64,000 nt of DNA from Camelus dromedarius (Eukaryota). The stretch spans positions 13,888,001 to 13,952,000 of the forward strand of contig NC_087439.1 of assembly GCF_036321535.1 (NCBI RefSeq), in the 5' to 3' direction. The notes beneath the pieces were generated by a model, which was given only the letters and a program-made list of their open reading frames with translations, did not search any database and was not told where the DNA came from. The position numbers were made by a program, and so were the translations under genes. Shown piece after piece: positions 37,699 to 50,691 of this stretch; the first letter of the stretch is position 1, and each line of letters begins with the position of its first letter.

Positions 37699-40600
37699 GA
37701 GTTCTTTCTGACATGAGAAGTCTTGACACTGAAGCAGACCACAGTTTCCCTCAGAGAGTTGTTTTCCTGCTGTTTAGTAAAAAACCATAAATCATTAAAA
37801 TACTGAACTTTCCCTAATTGGAGGACCCTTTATACCTCAGGGGTTGTGTAGGACGGTCCACATCCTACAGTAAACACGATTATAATCTTTTTAAAGTTTT
37901 TATTTAGACTGCTGATGGAATATGACTTGAAGGCACTGGTAGGATAACTCTGTATGGTTAAAAGTAAGAATAATAGATATGCAAAAGCTTAGCTGCAATG
38001 AAACAGAAACAGTCTAATGTTTAGAAACTTTCACTGATCATCATGTGTTTTGTTATTCCAGTCCAACCGTTTGCTTAGCTGGAACTGCATGAAGTATTCA
38101 GTACATTGGGTTATGCAAGATCTAGATTTATAGTTTAAAAATCCGCACTCCTGGAGCCTCTCTGGCTCTCACTCCACATGTATCACTTAATTCAGTGTTA
38201 GGAGCAGCAGGAGCCAAGAAGTGCCACTGAAACTGCTATTTGTGCTGGAAAATAAAAAATAGGGGAAAACTATACGGTTGTTGCATTTACCTCATTATTA
38301 CTAAATAATTCAAAATTATTTAAATATAAGTTAAGGGAAATATAGTTAATTTTTGTTAGAACCGGGAGACAATGTAATTTCTTTCTAGCACAAATCTATT
38401 GACCTGTTTTATATTTCTAGTTTGATTGTTTTATCTTTTCACATGTGGAAGTAATATGTAAGTTACAGCTTTCTGTTATTAACAGTATAAAAATAATTAA
38501 AGCATGTGACTCCATACAGGCCTACTCTATTTCTTTTCATGCTGAGAATTTCCTTACAGTTCAGAGCAATGCCTTCAAATAAAGGTCCAAATCTTGCCCT
38601 GGTATGTAACTCCAAAACTCAACTTACAGGATTCTTCCTTCGGGAAACTGCTCTGACACCCTAGAGAGGACACCCCTGCAAGGTGATGTCCACGTTAGGA
38701 TCTTCCTGTTTTAGGTGCTCCCAGAGCTGAGTATTCTCACCTTTAACTCTATTTTCTGGGAGTTCCTGGAATATTATGCCTTTTATACCCCTAATAAGTA
38801 GCATGTTCATATCACATGTTAAGTGACCTGTTTTAGGAGCTCTATAAAATCTTATAATTCATGCTGAATAAACACAATGAAACACTTTAAATCAGGATAA
38901 AACTACTCCCCTCCCCACAAAAGAGGTAAGTAAATTTCAGATGCCCATCATTAAAATTGGTACGTTCTATAATACGGTATTTGATTTCATTTGATTTTTC
39001 TAAATGAGTGAAATATTACAAACATAGCATGGGTAAAAGGTACTCTCAGATAGCATACAGTGAATTGATGGCTTTCTATTCTTGCTTTTTAATTATCATT
39101 ATTTTTATTATTATTTTCATATAAGCTTGGTGATATTTCTAATTTCTCTCATCTAAATCTAAATCAGGGCTGGCCTCACTTAGAAACTGTCAGTATCTAA
39201 ATATCTTCCATTTTCACACACTGGCACAGGTTACAACATCTTCCTTAAGCAGCTTTTCTTTTATTATTTTCAATTGAATACCCAAGACGGCTACCTCCAT
39301 AGCTCAATACCCAGTTTACACATGCTATCGGAATCACAGACCTTGAACTCCTGTCTTCAGAGAGTTTGTTTACAGTCCAAGAGGGTCATCAAAGTCAAGA
39401 CAACATATATTTATGAGGAGACTTCTAATAAGGCCAGTGCAAACCCTCTAAGAGGAGTAGAGCTAACAGCAGGCCAGTTGCTCAATGGTCTCCTTACATT
39501 GAAATAGGCAACACTTAACTGGGCAGAAATAATCTGAAATGTGTCCTTATAAAGGATAAGAATTTCATTTTCCATTTCTTTTGAAAATCTCTGAATTTGG
39601 TAGAAAAGTCATAAGTATACTAATTAAATAATTATAAGACACTAAGGGATTGATATCACACAGTAATACAAATTAATTTTCCTTAAATTATACATTGTAA
39701 CTGCATATTTTTTTCTTCTCTACATATAACATTTATACTCTTAGAGTATTTTACTTATAGGAGAATGTATTTCCTGTCACATTTACATACATGATACATT
39801 AATGTAAATATATACCTGAATACAATGCAAATGCATCAGTCAAAATGGTTGAGATATTTTAGGGGTATTTTTGTTGTTGTTTTTGTTAAACCCAAACATA
39901 CTTATCCTATTATGGTCTGAATATTGATTAAAGAAATTATATTAGCTTCTTGATACTGATTTTCCTGATGCCAAACTTGAAGTGAGATCCATTAGACCTT
40001 AGGTGTGCCTAAAACTAGAATACAGTATGAAGAATTGCTTTTATTTCCTGGATGCAAAAACACAAACAACCTTTTTTTCAATATATCCATTAATGAAAAT
40101 GAATGAAGCTAAAAAAAAAAAAAGGGTCTAAATTCATTTCTATGGGAAAATATCATCACAAAAAACACTTGAGGATGTTATGGTGTAAACTTCCTGGCTT
40201 CATTCCTGAGTGGTTGTCCTGCACCGATGTACCGGCTAGGAATGGGCACGGCACACACCACAGTGAAGAGCTGACTTGAAATAGAACTTGACTCTCAGTG
40301 GCCTCTTTTCTTACTTACTTCTGTGTCATCTCTGGTCTGCTGGAGTATTAGGGCTCTAAACCCAAGACTTACACCAAGTGTGCATGACACCAGCTGCGGG
40401 GTGTGAATGTATGTGTGTGTGGCTATGTGTATGTATGAGTACACATGTGTATATACTATATTTGGATATGTTTATCATATAGTTCTTGAATATATGTTTA
40501 TGACAATTAAAATGATTTTTATACTGAAATTATATTGATTATTAAAGTGACTTTTATACTGAAGAAACATAGCTATGTAATGGAATATGAAGCAAAATCA

Positions 40601-41094
40601 TATTGATTTTTAGTAGGGAACATGAGATTTCAATGACATGTTTGAAAAATGTCTTAAACATCAGACTTTAAACCAAGAAGGACTAAAGTCATACTAGAAA
40701 ATCAACAAAATTGTCCAAACTGTCTATTAATGAAAACGTAAGCAGTCACACCAAATCAGTTGAAAATATAGAGGCAAGGAATCTTTGCAAATCAAGTATG
40801 GTTTTACTGCAATTTTAAGGTAAATTTCTAGTAGTAGTAAAACTGCAGGTGATAGAAAAGTTTGATAATTTTTATTTGTATTTGGAGAATTACCTAAACA
40901 TTACATCTTTCAAAAACACAGATAATAAAATATGGAAAAGTTATTTCTTTAAAAACCTAGACTGTGATAAATTAAGCAACACACTGGATATTTTTAAAGA
41001 TTTATGCCATTGAAAGAATGGGTGTGGTGATTTAGTTTACTCTGAATAGACTGAAAAAAAATAGTAGTAACATCAAAGAAGGAGTCCGTCTTAT

Positions 41095-41485
41095 ATTAAG
41101 TGTTCTTGTCACACAAAAAATTAGAGAGTAGAAAACACTTTGGGTGGTGACAGATATGCTTATGCCATTGAATGTGGTGATGATTCTATGGGCGTACACT
41201 TATTCTCATCTTATCAAGTTTTACATGTTAAATATGTACAGTCCTTTGTATATACTCACTACAAAGTATAGCCTTTTGTATGTATCAATCTTTTTTTTTG
41301 GTTTTGGTTTTGGTTTTCTTGGGGGGGGGGGAATTAGGTTTGTTTACTTATTTATTTATTCTTGGAGGGGGTACTGGGGATTGAATCCAGGACCTCCTGC
41401 ATGCTAAGCATGCGCTCCACAACTTGAGCTATCCCCTCCCCCATATCAATCTTTTATCTGTACTCAATAAAGTGATTTTAAAAAA
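41095..41485 (+). mobile_element. L1MA/MB-type 3' end interrupted by a SINE
   Basis: aagtgttcttgtcacacaaaaaa...ggtgacagatatg...tgtggtgatgatt...ctcaataaag. Confidence 0.7.
41295..41443 (-). mobile_element. Vic-1-type SINE
   Basis: Reverse tRNA-Ala head, (ttttgg)n tail; 12-bp TSD tatcaatctttt (41283-41294 / 41444-41455). Confidence 0.92.
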
Positions 41486-41919
41486 TTAGGAGTCTAAAAT
41501 GACATTATTTGCCTAAAAAGTGTAGAAATACACATATAATACATGCATAATTGAATTTACTTGAATACATATTTATAAGACAATTCTCATTTTGGACTAA
41601 AGTCAAATTTTAGATCTCAGTTTAAAACTTGATTTATTCATCTCCTACATATATTGTTATTTATCAAATCAGCTCTAGATTATAATAATGGCCTCTAAAT
41701 GTAGCTCTCTGCCTTTAGACTCGATTGTTTACAGTTTATTATAAACTTCTCCACCAGACCTGTCTTTTCATGTATAACTTCTTTTCATATTATGCCAACC
41801 TCAAAACTTTCTTTGGCATCTCATTATCCATAGAAACAACAGTCAACTTTTCATTAATTTCTCAATGCAACCAGATACTTAATAAACCTATATTCTGCCT
41901 TGTGCTAAGATGAATTTTA

Positions 41920-42010
41920 TGAAGAAGAAGGAGGAGGGGGAGGAAGATGAAGGGAAGACAGAGGAGGGAGAGAGAGATGGAGGAAAAGAGATGAGGGGAG
42001 AGAGGGAGAG
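41920..42010. repeat. GA-rich low-complexity tract
   Basis: About 90 nt nearly all purines. Confidence 0.8.
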
Positions 42011-42622
42011 ATTTATCATATTCTTTATTCTGTCTGCTCTGGAAATGACTATTGGTCAGTGGTGGAAGATGGCCATGTAAATAAAATATTTTTAAAATTT
42101 GAGATAGAAGAATGTTAGAATCTTGAGATGTAGGCAACTCACTTAGCAAGCAGAATGTTGAGAAAAATTATCAGAGAAGAGGGGGGAAAGTATTTGACAA
42201 GAGAGTTCTGATGAGAAGAAAACACGACTGGGTGTGGAAAGGGGAATAATTCAGAGACACAAAGCAGCCGTGTGTCACCCTCTGGGAATTTCACAGAGTC
42301 TGGTTCAAGCAGAGAAAAATCTGTGCTGTTCTATGATGAAATGTCAGGAGCCAAATGGTGTGACACCTTAGTCACGTCTTGTGTGTCGCATCCACTGCAC
42401 TGTGAGCCACTTCAATGACATTTCATAACCTTGCAGGAGCTGTTAAGGATCTGCATTTTCAACCAAATTAGAGTGGCGAGCAACTGAAGGAGGGATATAA
42501 GAAAATAAGCTGCAAAAATTTTTAGGTGAAAGAAGATGAGATTGTGAATTAAATGTGCTATTTCAGGAAAGGACAAGTGGCAACCAAATTAACAGCTATC
42601 ATTTATTGAGCACGTACTATGC

Positions 42623-43002
42623 TGTGATGACTAATTTTATATGTAAATTTGACTGCTTATGTTGCCTGGCTGTTTGGTCAAATGCTAGTCTTGTTGTGAA
42701 ACTCATTTGTAGGTATGGTTAATTAACATTGAGTCAAATCAGTTGACTTTAAGTAAAAAATAATGTGGTTGGTCCTTATCCAGTCAGTTGAAGGCCCTAA
42801 GAGTAAAACCAGGTTTCCTGGAGAAGGATTTCTGCCTCAAGACTGAAGCTCAAGATTGCAATATTAATTCTTATCAAGAGTTTCCAGCTGACCCGGCTGC
42901 CCCCATAATTAGGTGAGCCAAGTTTCAATCTCTTTCTCTCTGAATGCACATACACATACACATATATATACATTACTAAGACTGTGTTCTGGAAACTTGA
43001 CT
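42623..43002 (+). mobile_element. MLT2B-type ERVL solo LTR
   Basis: tgtgatgactaattttatatgtaaatttgactg...tccagtcagttgaaggccc...ttctgcctcaagactg...gtgagccaa. Confidence 0.8.
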
Positions 43003-46000
43003 TGTGCCCATGGCATATTCATTTAAACTTCAGTTTAAGCTTAGAGCGTTCGACCTTCCGTAAGTGACAAAACAAAAAGCAAAGGATCTGGGCTTGAGCT
43101 GAGTTTTTTCTGAGTGTAGATAGCATGTTTTAATCAGTGAAATCTTTTTCCTTTTTCAAGCTCAGACTTCATCTGATTTTCAAAATCTTTCAATTCATAT
43201 GGTAGAATTCTAGATAGGCATATTTAATTTTTACATATGAATTCATATAATTATATGAACTTTCAAAATGTTCTACAATGAGTGATTTTAACTTTCATAA
43301 GATGAACTTATTTTTGAAAAGAAAAAGGCCAGACCCTCTTAAACTGAAATCCTTTCCAATCAAATGTCTAACATACTTTTTCCTGTTTTAGGATCTACTA
43401 CTTTTTTTTTTTTTTTTTTTACAAAACATTTGCTACAACTAGAGTGGCTACTCACCGCCTTCTCTAAATAATGCACATTGTATTGTGTCAGTTTTTTCCC
43501 ACAAAGTTTGCCACATCCAAATTGTCTTCCCCCACACCTAGTGTTACTAAAAAATTCCGGATCCTCTGTGTTCTAATTCAGCCCCTCTTTGTCTGGAAAT
43601 TATGTCCAGTCTCTTACTTCTCTTCTCCACAGCCAGGGGTTTATTTGACAGCAAATGAAATTAGAAACTGAAAATTAAAGATGAAAAATTAACTATCCTT
43701 AGTTTATAAAGAGTCCAAGACTGATTAACTTAACACAAAACTACTTAAAGTACTATGATGACTCATCTCTAATAAAATCAGATTGCTGACTTGGGTGATG
43801 GCTTCAAGTACTGACAAAGCCTGTCATATTCACATGAAATGCACCATTAACCATTTGTAGAGACACCTCCTTTAATTTCTATTGAATTTATGTTTACATG
43901 CACAAAAGATAACCTCAACAAGAATGGAATTTATCCCAAAACTTTCCCAAAGGACTTTGGAAAATGCCATTACAAAGGGCTACAGACACTAACATTGCTG
44001 AAGAAGTTAAAATTCAAGTGACAAAGTTTTCGTAAATCTTTGTAAAACAATAAAAATGAATACTTTTAAAATACTATATGCCAGATACTTTTCAAAATGC
44101 TTTGTATTTATACATTAAATACCAGAGCAGTACTGTTAGTATCAAGGTCCACAGCTAGTAAGTAATGGACCAGGATTCAATCACCTGCCAAATAACTCCC
44201 ATGAGAGGATCTATGATTTTTTTTATAAACTTTTAGTATTTTTATGATTTTCTTAAATATAATGATGAATAAAGAATCAATTACAAATAAGAATCATTAA
44301 AAAAATGCATGCGACTACTGCTACTTCCTTGAGAGTATCAAACTATTACTTGGGCATTTAGGTGTACGTTGCTCTCAGGCTTGGAGAAAAAGACATTTAA
44401 AACCAATCAAAGTTTTAAAGATTTTCCTGAGGACTCCCCAGTGATGCAAACATGAAGTTCTCTTGGGTTTCTGTGTTCTGGCATTCTGTGTGTTTGGAAT
44501 TTGCCCCTGCCCTAATGGACCAGCTCTCTTGTTGACAGCATCAGAGTGAGGCAGGTGGGACCAGAGTACCTGCCCACTGCCTCGTGCCCACCCACCACTG
44601 ACCATGAATACACTGATTCTTGCCTTCTCTGAATCCCACCTGGCATCTTCACATCTAGCACATCCTACACAGCTTCTGCGGCCACTCTTCAGGGATATCA
44701 TAATAGAATCGATCTAGAGACAGCCCTACACAGGTGTATCAAATACGTTGTTAAACATTCCTTTAAAATATACACATGATAAAGGCATACACACTGTTTA
44801 TAACCTATGTTATCTGAACCACTGCATTATTTTTTTTTCATTTTAAATCACTGGCTTGTTTTATTCCATAATTATTTAATCAATTATTCAAACATTTGGT
44901 GTGCATATGGCAGTGAATACACAGTTTTATATCAGATTTCTTTATGAAACACAACCATAAAGATACTTAAGCAGCTTCAGGTCTAATGTCTGGCTGCTGT
45001 GTATATGTTTCTCTCAATATTATTGGTAAACCTTTGTTTTCTGAATATCCCTTTTGTCTGAGTCCATAAAACCAGGTTAAAAACGTGGAAAATTAAGGAC
45101 CAGGGCTAAAATTTATTTTACTGTTGATTCTTTTTTATATAATAAGTAGTTTCTTATTTTATTATTTAACACTTAGTTTACATGTTTAATGGAGCATATT
45201 CACCAAGACACAGTGAAAGCTGTTTTTGCGTGTGAAAAGTGTTTTTCCTACTCCGAAACACTACTCCACTCTAGAGCTGACTCTAAATATTTCAGAGTGG
45301 CAAACTATGATTTAAAAAATTAAGAAAACCTGTCGCAACAATCAATCCTTAATTCTTTTCAACCTTTCATGTTCTCCCTTCTTTAACCCATTCTGAAAAT
45401 TAAATAATCTCAGTATTAAAAAACAGAATACAATATTTAGAATTATATTACATATGATATAATATGAAGCAGGTTTAAAAAACAGTCAAATGCCCTCATT
45501 TTACTACTGATGAAAACGAGATACCAAGAAGAAAAAGGATTTGGTCAAGGTCACAAGACCAACCACTGACAGTCTCTACCTCAGGCATGTTCACTTTCAG
45601 AATATTTCAGGGTTCAGAAGTGTTTTTTAATGAAAAGACACACTGTTTAGTTACAGGATATTATTCTATAGCCTTCTCCTGATGTGAAATATCTAGTACC
45701 ACCTTCCTATTTCACCATTAGCTTAAGGAAGTATTTCTTAGATTTATAAAATGCAATAAAAATAATAATAATATACACTTTGTTAAGGAAAATATTTATA
45801 CTTCTCAAATTTTCATAATGAAATGATGGTGTTGATAATTCTCTTCTATATATGAGGAAACTGAGACTCGTGGAGAATAAACATACCTCAGCCCACCCAG
45901 CTGTTGTGGAAGTAGCAATTCTAATTAAAAAAACAAAACCTACAGGATTCTAACGTCTGTCAAAGGACTCTGTAAAAGGTTAGAGTGAGGGCTGGTCAAT

Positions 46001-46199
46001 CAGAATTACTAAAGGCAAAGAAGATGAACACATTGATAAGAGTATCAAGAATTTCAATGCACTAAAAGATGTATTTAACATTTAAACTGCTTCATTCTTA
46101 AAATCATAAAAGTTTTAGTTATATAATCTAAAACCTATAGAACACTAAAGGAAAAGATCACATATCTCCTATCACTAGTAAGGAAATAAAACTCTTAAA

Positions 46200-46930
46200 A
46201 GCATAATTATATATCAAGATAGGTCTACTCGGCACATTAAAACACTATACCTGTCACACAGAAAACATTTATAAAAGTTTATATTAGGCCATAAATCAAG
46301 TCTTATCATTTTCAAAGTCATTATTACAAAGATCTGGTTTTGAACTTTACAAATTAGTTTCAAAACCAATTTCGTATTTTTTAAAATTTAAAAACAAGCA
46401 CCAAAATAATTTACCTGACATAAGAATATACAATGAAACTTAAAAAAAAATCAAATTAAATACTATTAAAAATATTACTATCAAACATATTGGATGAAGA
46501 TTAAGCAAACTTTAGATAAAATTCTATAGTCTTCAGTGATTGTATTAGAAAATAAAAAGAGAACACTAACGTTATACTAGAAAGTATCAAATAAATTTAA
46601 AATTGGGCTTTTTGAGAAGACAAATGTAAAATTTATACCTATCAACCAAAGTTGATCATGAGAAAAAGATTGAAAGTACTTATAAATAATGCTAGGAAAG
46701 AAAAAAATTCAGCAACTATTATAAAGATTAAAAGAACACCAAGAAGTCATAAAAATATTATGCTAAAATTCTGAAAATGTAGGTGAAATGGATTTTTAGA
46801 ACTGCACAAGTTACCAACACTTATTTCAAAATAAATGTAAACCTTAATCATACAAGCATAATAGAGGATGTTTTTGAAAATATGCCCACACAAAAAGAGA
46901 GAAACGATCACACCATACATTCATAGGGTA
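46200..46930 (+). mobile_element. Degraded old L1 ORF2 segment
   Basis: A-rich; tattaggccataaatcaagtct, gggctttttgagaagacaaat, aaaatgtaggtgaaatgga motifs. Confidence 0.6.
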
Positions 46931-46974
46931 GCTAGTGAAGGAAGATTTTAGTAAAATAGAAAGTACCAAAAATT

Positions 46975-47176
46975 GCATGTAGAATAGATAAACAAGATTA
47001 TACTGTATAGCACAGGGAAATATATACAAGATTTTAAGGTAGCTCACAGCGAAAAAAAAATTGTGACAATGAATATGTGTATGTTCATGTATAACTGAAA
47101 AATTGTGCTCTACACTGGAATTTGACACAACATTGAAAAATGACTATAACTCAATAAAAAAAAGTTAAAAAAAAAA
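46975..47176 (+). mobile_element. Young camelid-type L1 3' end
   Basis: tatactgtatagcacagggaaatatatacaa...ctggaatttgacacaacattg...aataaaaaaaagttaaaaaa; closely resembles 7329-7710. Confidence 0.88.
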
Positions 47177-47911
47177 GACCATAAAAAAAAAAAGGCATGG
47201 AAGAAGTCATAATGTCATTATTAACAAATACTATGATCTGGAAAACCTAGCTTTTGGTGAGGACATGAAGCAAAGGGAATTCTCATAGTGCTGCTAGTAG
47301 GAGTATAAGCACACACACAATTTAGGAATCATCTTGGCAATGCATCGTACTTCTGAGAGTGCTCAGGCTGCACGGATAAGCAAGCGATACCACTTCCAGA
47401 GCAGTTTTCCCTTAAAGCCATTATCCGGCTCCCATGACACATGTCCGAGAATAACGTTTTGCTCAAACTGCTTTTGCTCAATCATTCTCTTTTTGAATTT
47501 GTGAGAATTTCAACATATATGATGAAAAATCTTAAGAGAACATTGTCAGGTGTAGATTTTTCTCTTAAACGTTTACCCTGAACACAGATTTAAGAATCAA
47601 TAAAACTGAAAACATTATGTAACAGAAATTTTATAGGATGAGGCCCTGGTATTCTTGGATATCTTCTGGGTTTCATTATTAAATAGCAGCTTAATCATAC
47701 ATTACACTATAAACTTTTTGTAAATTAATGGTTAAAATAATATTAGTACTATTTGATATATTCTTAAATTAGAACACTAGATGAAAGATACTAAGGTAAA
47801 TGAAAACCACCCAGTGTAATAGGACAATTTTTACAAGGGAGTGGCTTCTGTAAGCATCTTCCATAGGGCCGTGGCTGACAGTACTCGGTGCATATCAATG
47901 CCTGTGCTTAC

Positions 47912-47993
47912 CAGCTGCTGCCCTTGGACACCCCAGGCCGCATACTGCAAGATGGAGTCCTCTACTTCTGGAGGATTTAACTCCCAAACTTCC
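47912..47993 (-). CDS. DPP10: DPP10 coding exon (~exon 7), 82 nt, (R)EVWELNPPEVEDSILQYAAWGVQGQQL
   Basis: Embedded in ORF 47831..48034; acceptor ccttttttcaag|G, donor CTG|gtaagc; phase fits. Confidence 0.98.
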
Positions 47994-48093
47994 CTTGAAA
48001 AAAGGTAAATATTTTTACATGAACAAATTGACACCTACACCAACAATTTCATTGGACAATTGCCCCTGAAAAGCAGAAAACCAAGGAACTTAC

Positions 48094-48146
48094 CTAGTGT
48101 GTATGTTGTAAATCACATATGAAGCAGTATACGAATAATGAAAAAT
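48094..48146 (-). CDS. DPP10: DPP10 coding exon (~exon 6), 53 nt, IFHYSYTASYVIYNIHT(R)
   Basis: Manual translation matches DPP10; acceptor ctcttcttttttttatttcag|ATT, donor AG|gtaagt; 100-nt intron to next exon. Confidence 0.97.
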
Positions 48147-48309
48147 CTGAAATAAAAAAAAGAAGAGTTATAGACCTGGTTTGGAATAAAGACTCTGTAT
48201 TAATGCGTATATATGTTTTTGACAAAATCTAAGAAATCTAAGAATTGGTTTTAGAAAGAATTCAAAGTGTGAAATATTCTAGTTCTGGATTTTATTACCT
48301 TCGTTGAGC

Positions 48310-48880
48310 CTTAGTGCAACAGCCTCCCAACTCTTCTTCCTACCATCAGTCCCATCCCCCATTCAATCCACTCTATACTTAGTATAATTGTGACTACACT
48401 GCTATCTTGCTTAAAATAGTCAATGATTCTTCATTGCCTATAAAATAAAGTTCAAACCACTTCATTGATATTCAAGGATTTTGGTATATTGGATTCTACA
48501 TGCTTTTCACTTTTTTCATCCATAACTTCCCTTCACCTAGTCTATACATCAATCATTTAGACAAATTCCTTCTGCATATATTGAATTTTTCTCTTTTTTT
48601 ATCTAGGATATCCTATGCTAATGCAGGTGAAAATTTTTTCCTTCCTTCTAATACAGCCTCTGCATAGCCTTCAGTTGAAAACTCCTCTCACAGTTTACCC
48701 TGGACTCTTAAGACACTTCTCACCCTGCAGTGTAAGGATATCAATATTTTAAGTACCAGTTTCCTTTTCCCACTAGAATGTTGTCAGGTCCAGGTGTGTA
48801 TTATCTTTGTATCTTCCACATTACCTTACACAGTGTCATGTTTGCATGCAACATGTAATCAATATTTGTTGAGTAATGAT
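48310..48880 (+). mobile_element. L2 3' region
   Basis: gcaacagcctcccaact...tcttgcttaaaatagtcaatg...taaaataaagttcaaac...caatatttgttgag. Confidence 0.75.
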
Positions 48881-50259
48881 TCTGATGGGGGAAAAAACTC
48901 TTGCAGCTTGAGGTGTTTGCAGAGATAAAATGGGATTAACGCACCCATCCACATCATATTAATAGTTGAAAATTACAAATTAAGTAGTTGATTTCAAGTA
49001 AGTGTCTTCAAGAGATTTTAGTACCATCTTATAAAGAAGCTTGTTCCTTTTTAAAAGTCATATTCCCAAGGATCATAGCACCCATGATGGGGTGACATTA
49101 AGGACCATAGTGGATAATGCAAAGATATCCCTATATTTATGTTCTTACTAATTAGAGATTTCAAAATAGTGGAAGAGAGAAAATGAGGAAAACTGCAAAA
49201 GAGATGTTAGGGAAAGAGATGATAAGTATGTGACATTTCAATGAAATTATTTTTCTCTATGCTATATGGATATAGTGAAGAAAATCTTTCTCTATCTGGC
49301 TATATTAAGTTATAACATTATTTGCAGGATTTATAGAACTGATATTGATACTTTCATTTTTCAGCTTGCAACTATAAAAGCTTCTTTTATTCCTGTAGTG
49401 GATGTACATTGCACAAATATTATAATATTGTCAATTAAATCTCCCTAGAGGTCAAATTGTTCTCTCTTCTCACTGCTTTAATTAAAAGTGATTGGCCACA
49501 TATTTGGTAAAACGATACTAGTGTTCTCTCTTTGTGTTGAAATTACAATCCATCCCCCATTTGTTATAGTATTGCATTTTACAGTGAAGCTTTATCCTCC
49601 CATTTCCTTTAGAATAACTATTAAATCTGAGATTGGCTTCACTATAGTCATAGAAGTGAAAATAATTTTTACTGGTGTCTGTTTTGGCATTCACATTGTG
49701 TTCTATAAAATTCCATATTTGACTAAAATTTTTAAACCTTGAATTTACTACTATAGCTGACAAAGAGGTGAGAAATGTGACTATCTTTGAAAACCCTTTT
49801 TTTTTTTTTTTTTTTTTTTTGCCATCTCAGAAAGTTCTACTGCCAAAGCAAATTGCCAAGTGAGCATTTGGTCTTCAAAGCATTCAAATGTGTCAACAGT
49901 GTTATGGATAAAAAGAAATTATTCATCCATTCTCTTAATTAGTATACCTGAACTCCAGGCTCACACAAATCTTGAGAGTTCCTGTGCATTACTGTTTTAG
50001 TCAAGGCAAGCCAAAATAACCACTGAGACAAAACTGGATGGATATAACCACTGAATTTTGGTCTCTTCCTATCATGTTTGTTACAGAGACTGCTGGCTCT
50101 TCTCAGTGTATGAATTCAAAGGACTGAGATGTCCTCCCAATGATGTAATTTAGAGAGGGAGATATATAAATCCACTTTCTGCTTCATAGTTCTTAGCCTG
50201 ATACAGGGCTTGTTTTTCTCAGTTGGTTTGTCGTGAGGGACGATCACAATAAGGTACTT

Positions 50260-50500
50260 AACCCTCACAGATACAGAGAACAAGCTAGTAGTTGCCAGAG
50301 GGGAAGGAGGGCGGTCAGGGGATGAACAAAATAGGTAAAGGAGGTTAAGAGATACAAACTACCAGTTAAAAAATAAATAAGTCACAGGGATGTCACATAC
50401 AGTACAGGGAACATAGTCAATAATATTGTATGTACATGAACTACTCAAATATTGAATCACTATGTTGTATATCTGAAACTAATAAAATATTAGAAAAAAA
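50260..50500 (+). mobile_element. L1 (L1MA9/artiodactyl-type) 3' end
   Basis: ctcacagatacagagaacaagctagtagttgccagagggg...aataagtcacagggatg...gaatcactatgttgtatatctgaaactaat. Confidence 0.8.
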
Positions 50501-50668
50501 GATGTAACCCTGACTAACCTGCAAACACACAGCTAACAAGTTGCAGTTTCAGCCACAAATAGTATAGGTGCCCTACAAAGCCAGTAGCTTGCCATTTACA
50601 AGTAATTAGAACTTAGCCATTTTCTCCTAGCTTAGAACTCTTTCCACTAAATCCACTGTCTTTGTTTT

Positions 50669-50691
50669 GTGTGTGTGTGTGTGTGTGTGTG
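50669..50691. repeat. (GT)11 microsatellite
   Basis: Read directly. Confidence 0.9.

Noticed and set aside
49266-49763. Three overlapping ORFs (60-84 aa) on both strands
   Set aside because: No motif or transposase similarity recognised in the frames I translated, and no convincing splice sites; a BLASTX/Dfam search would be needed to revive it.
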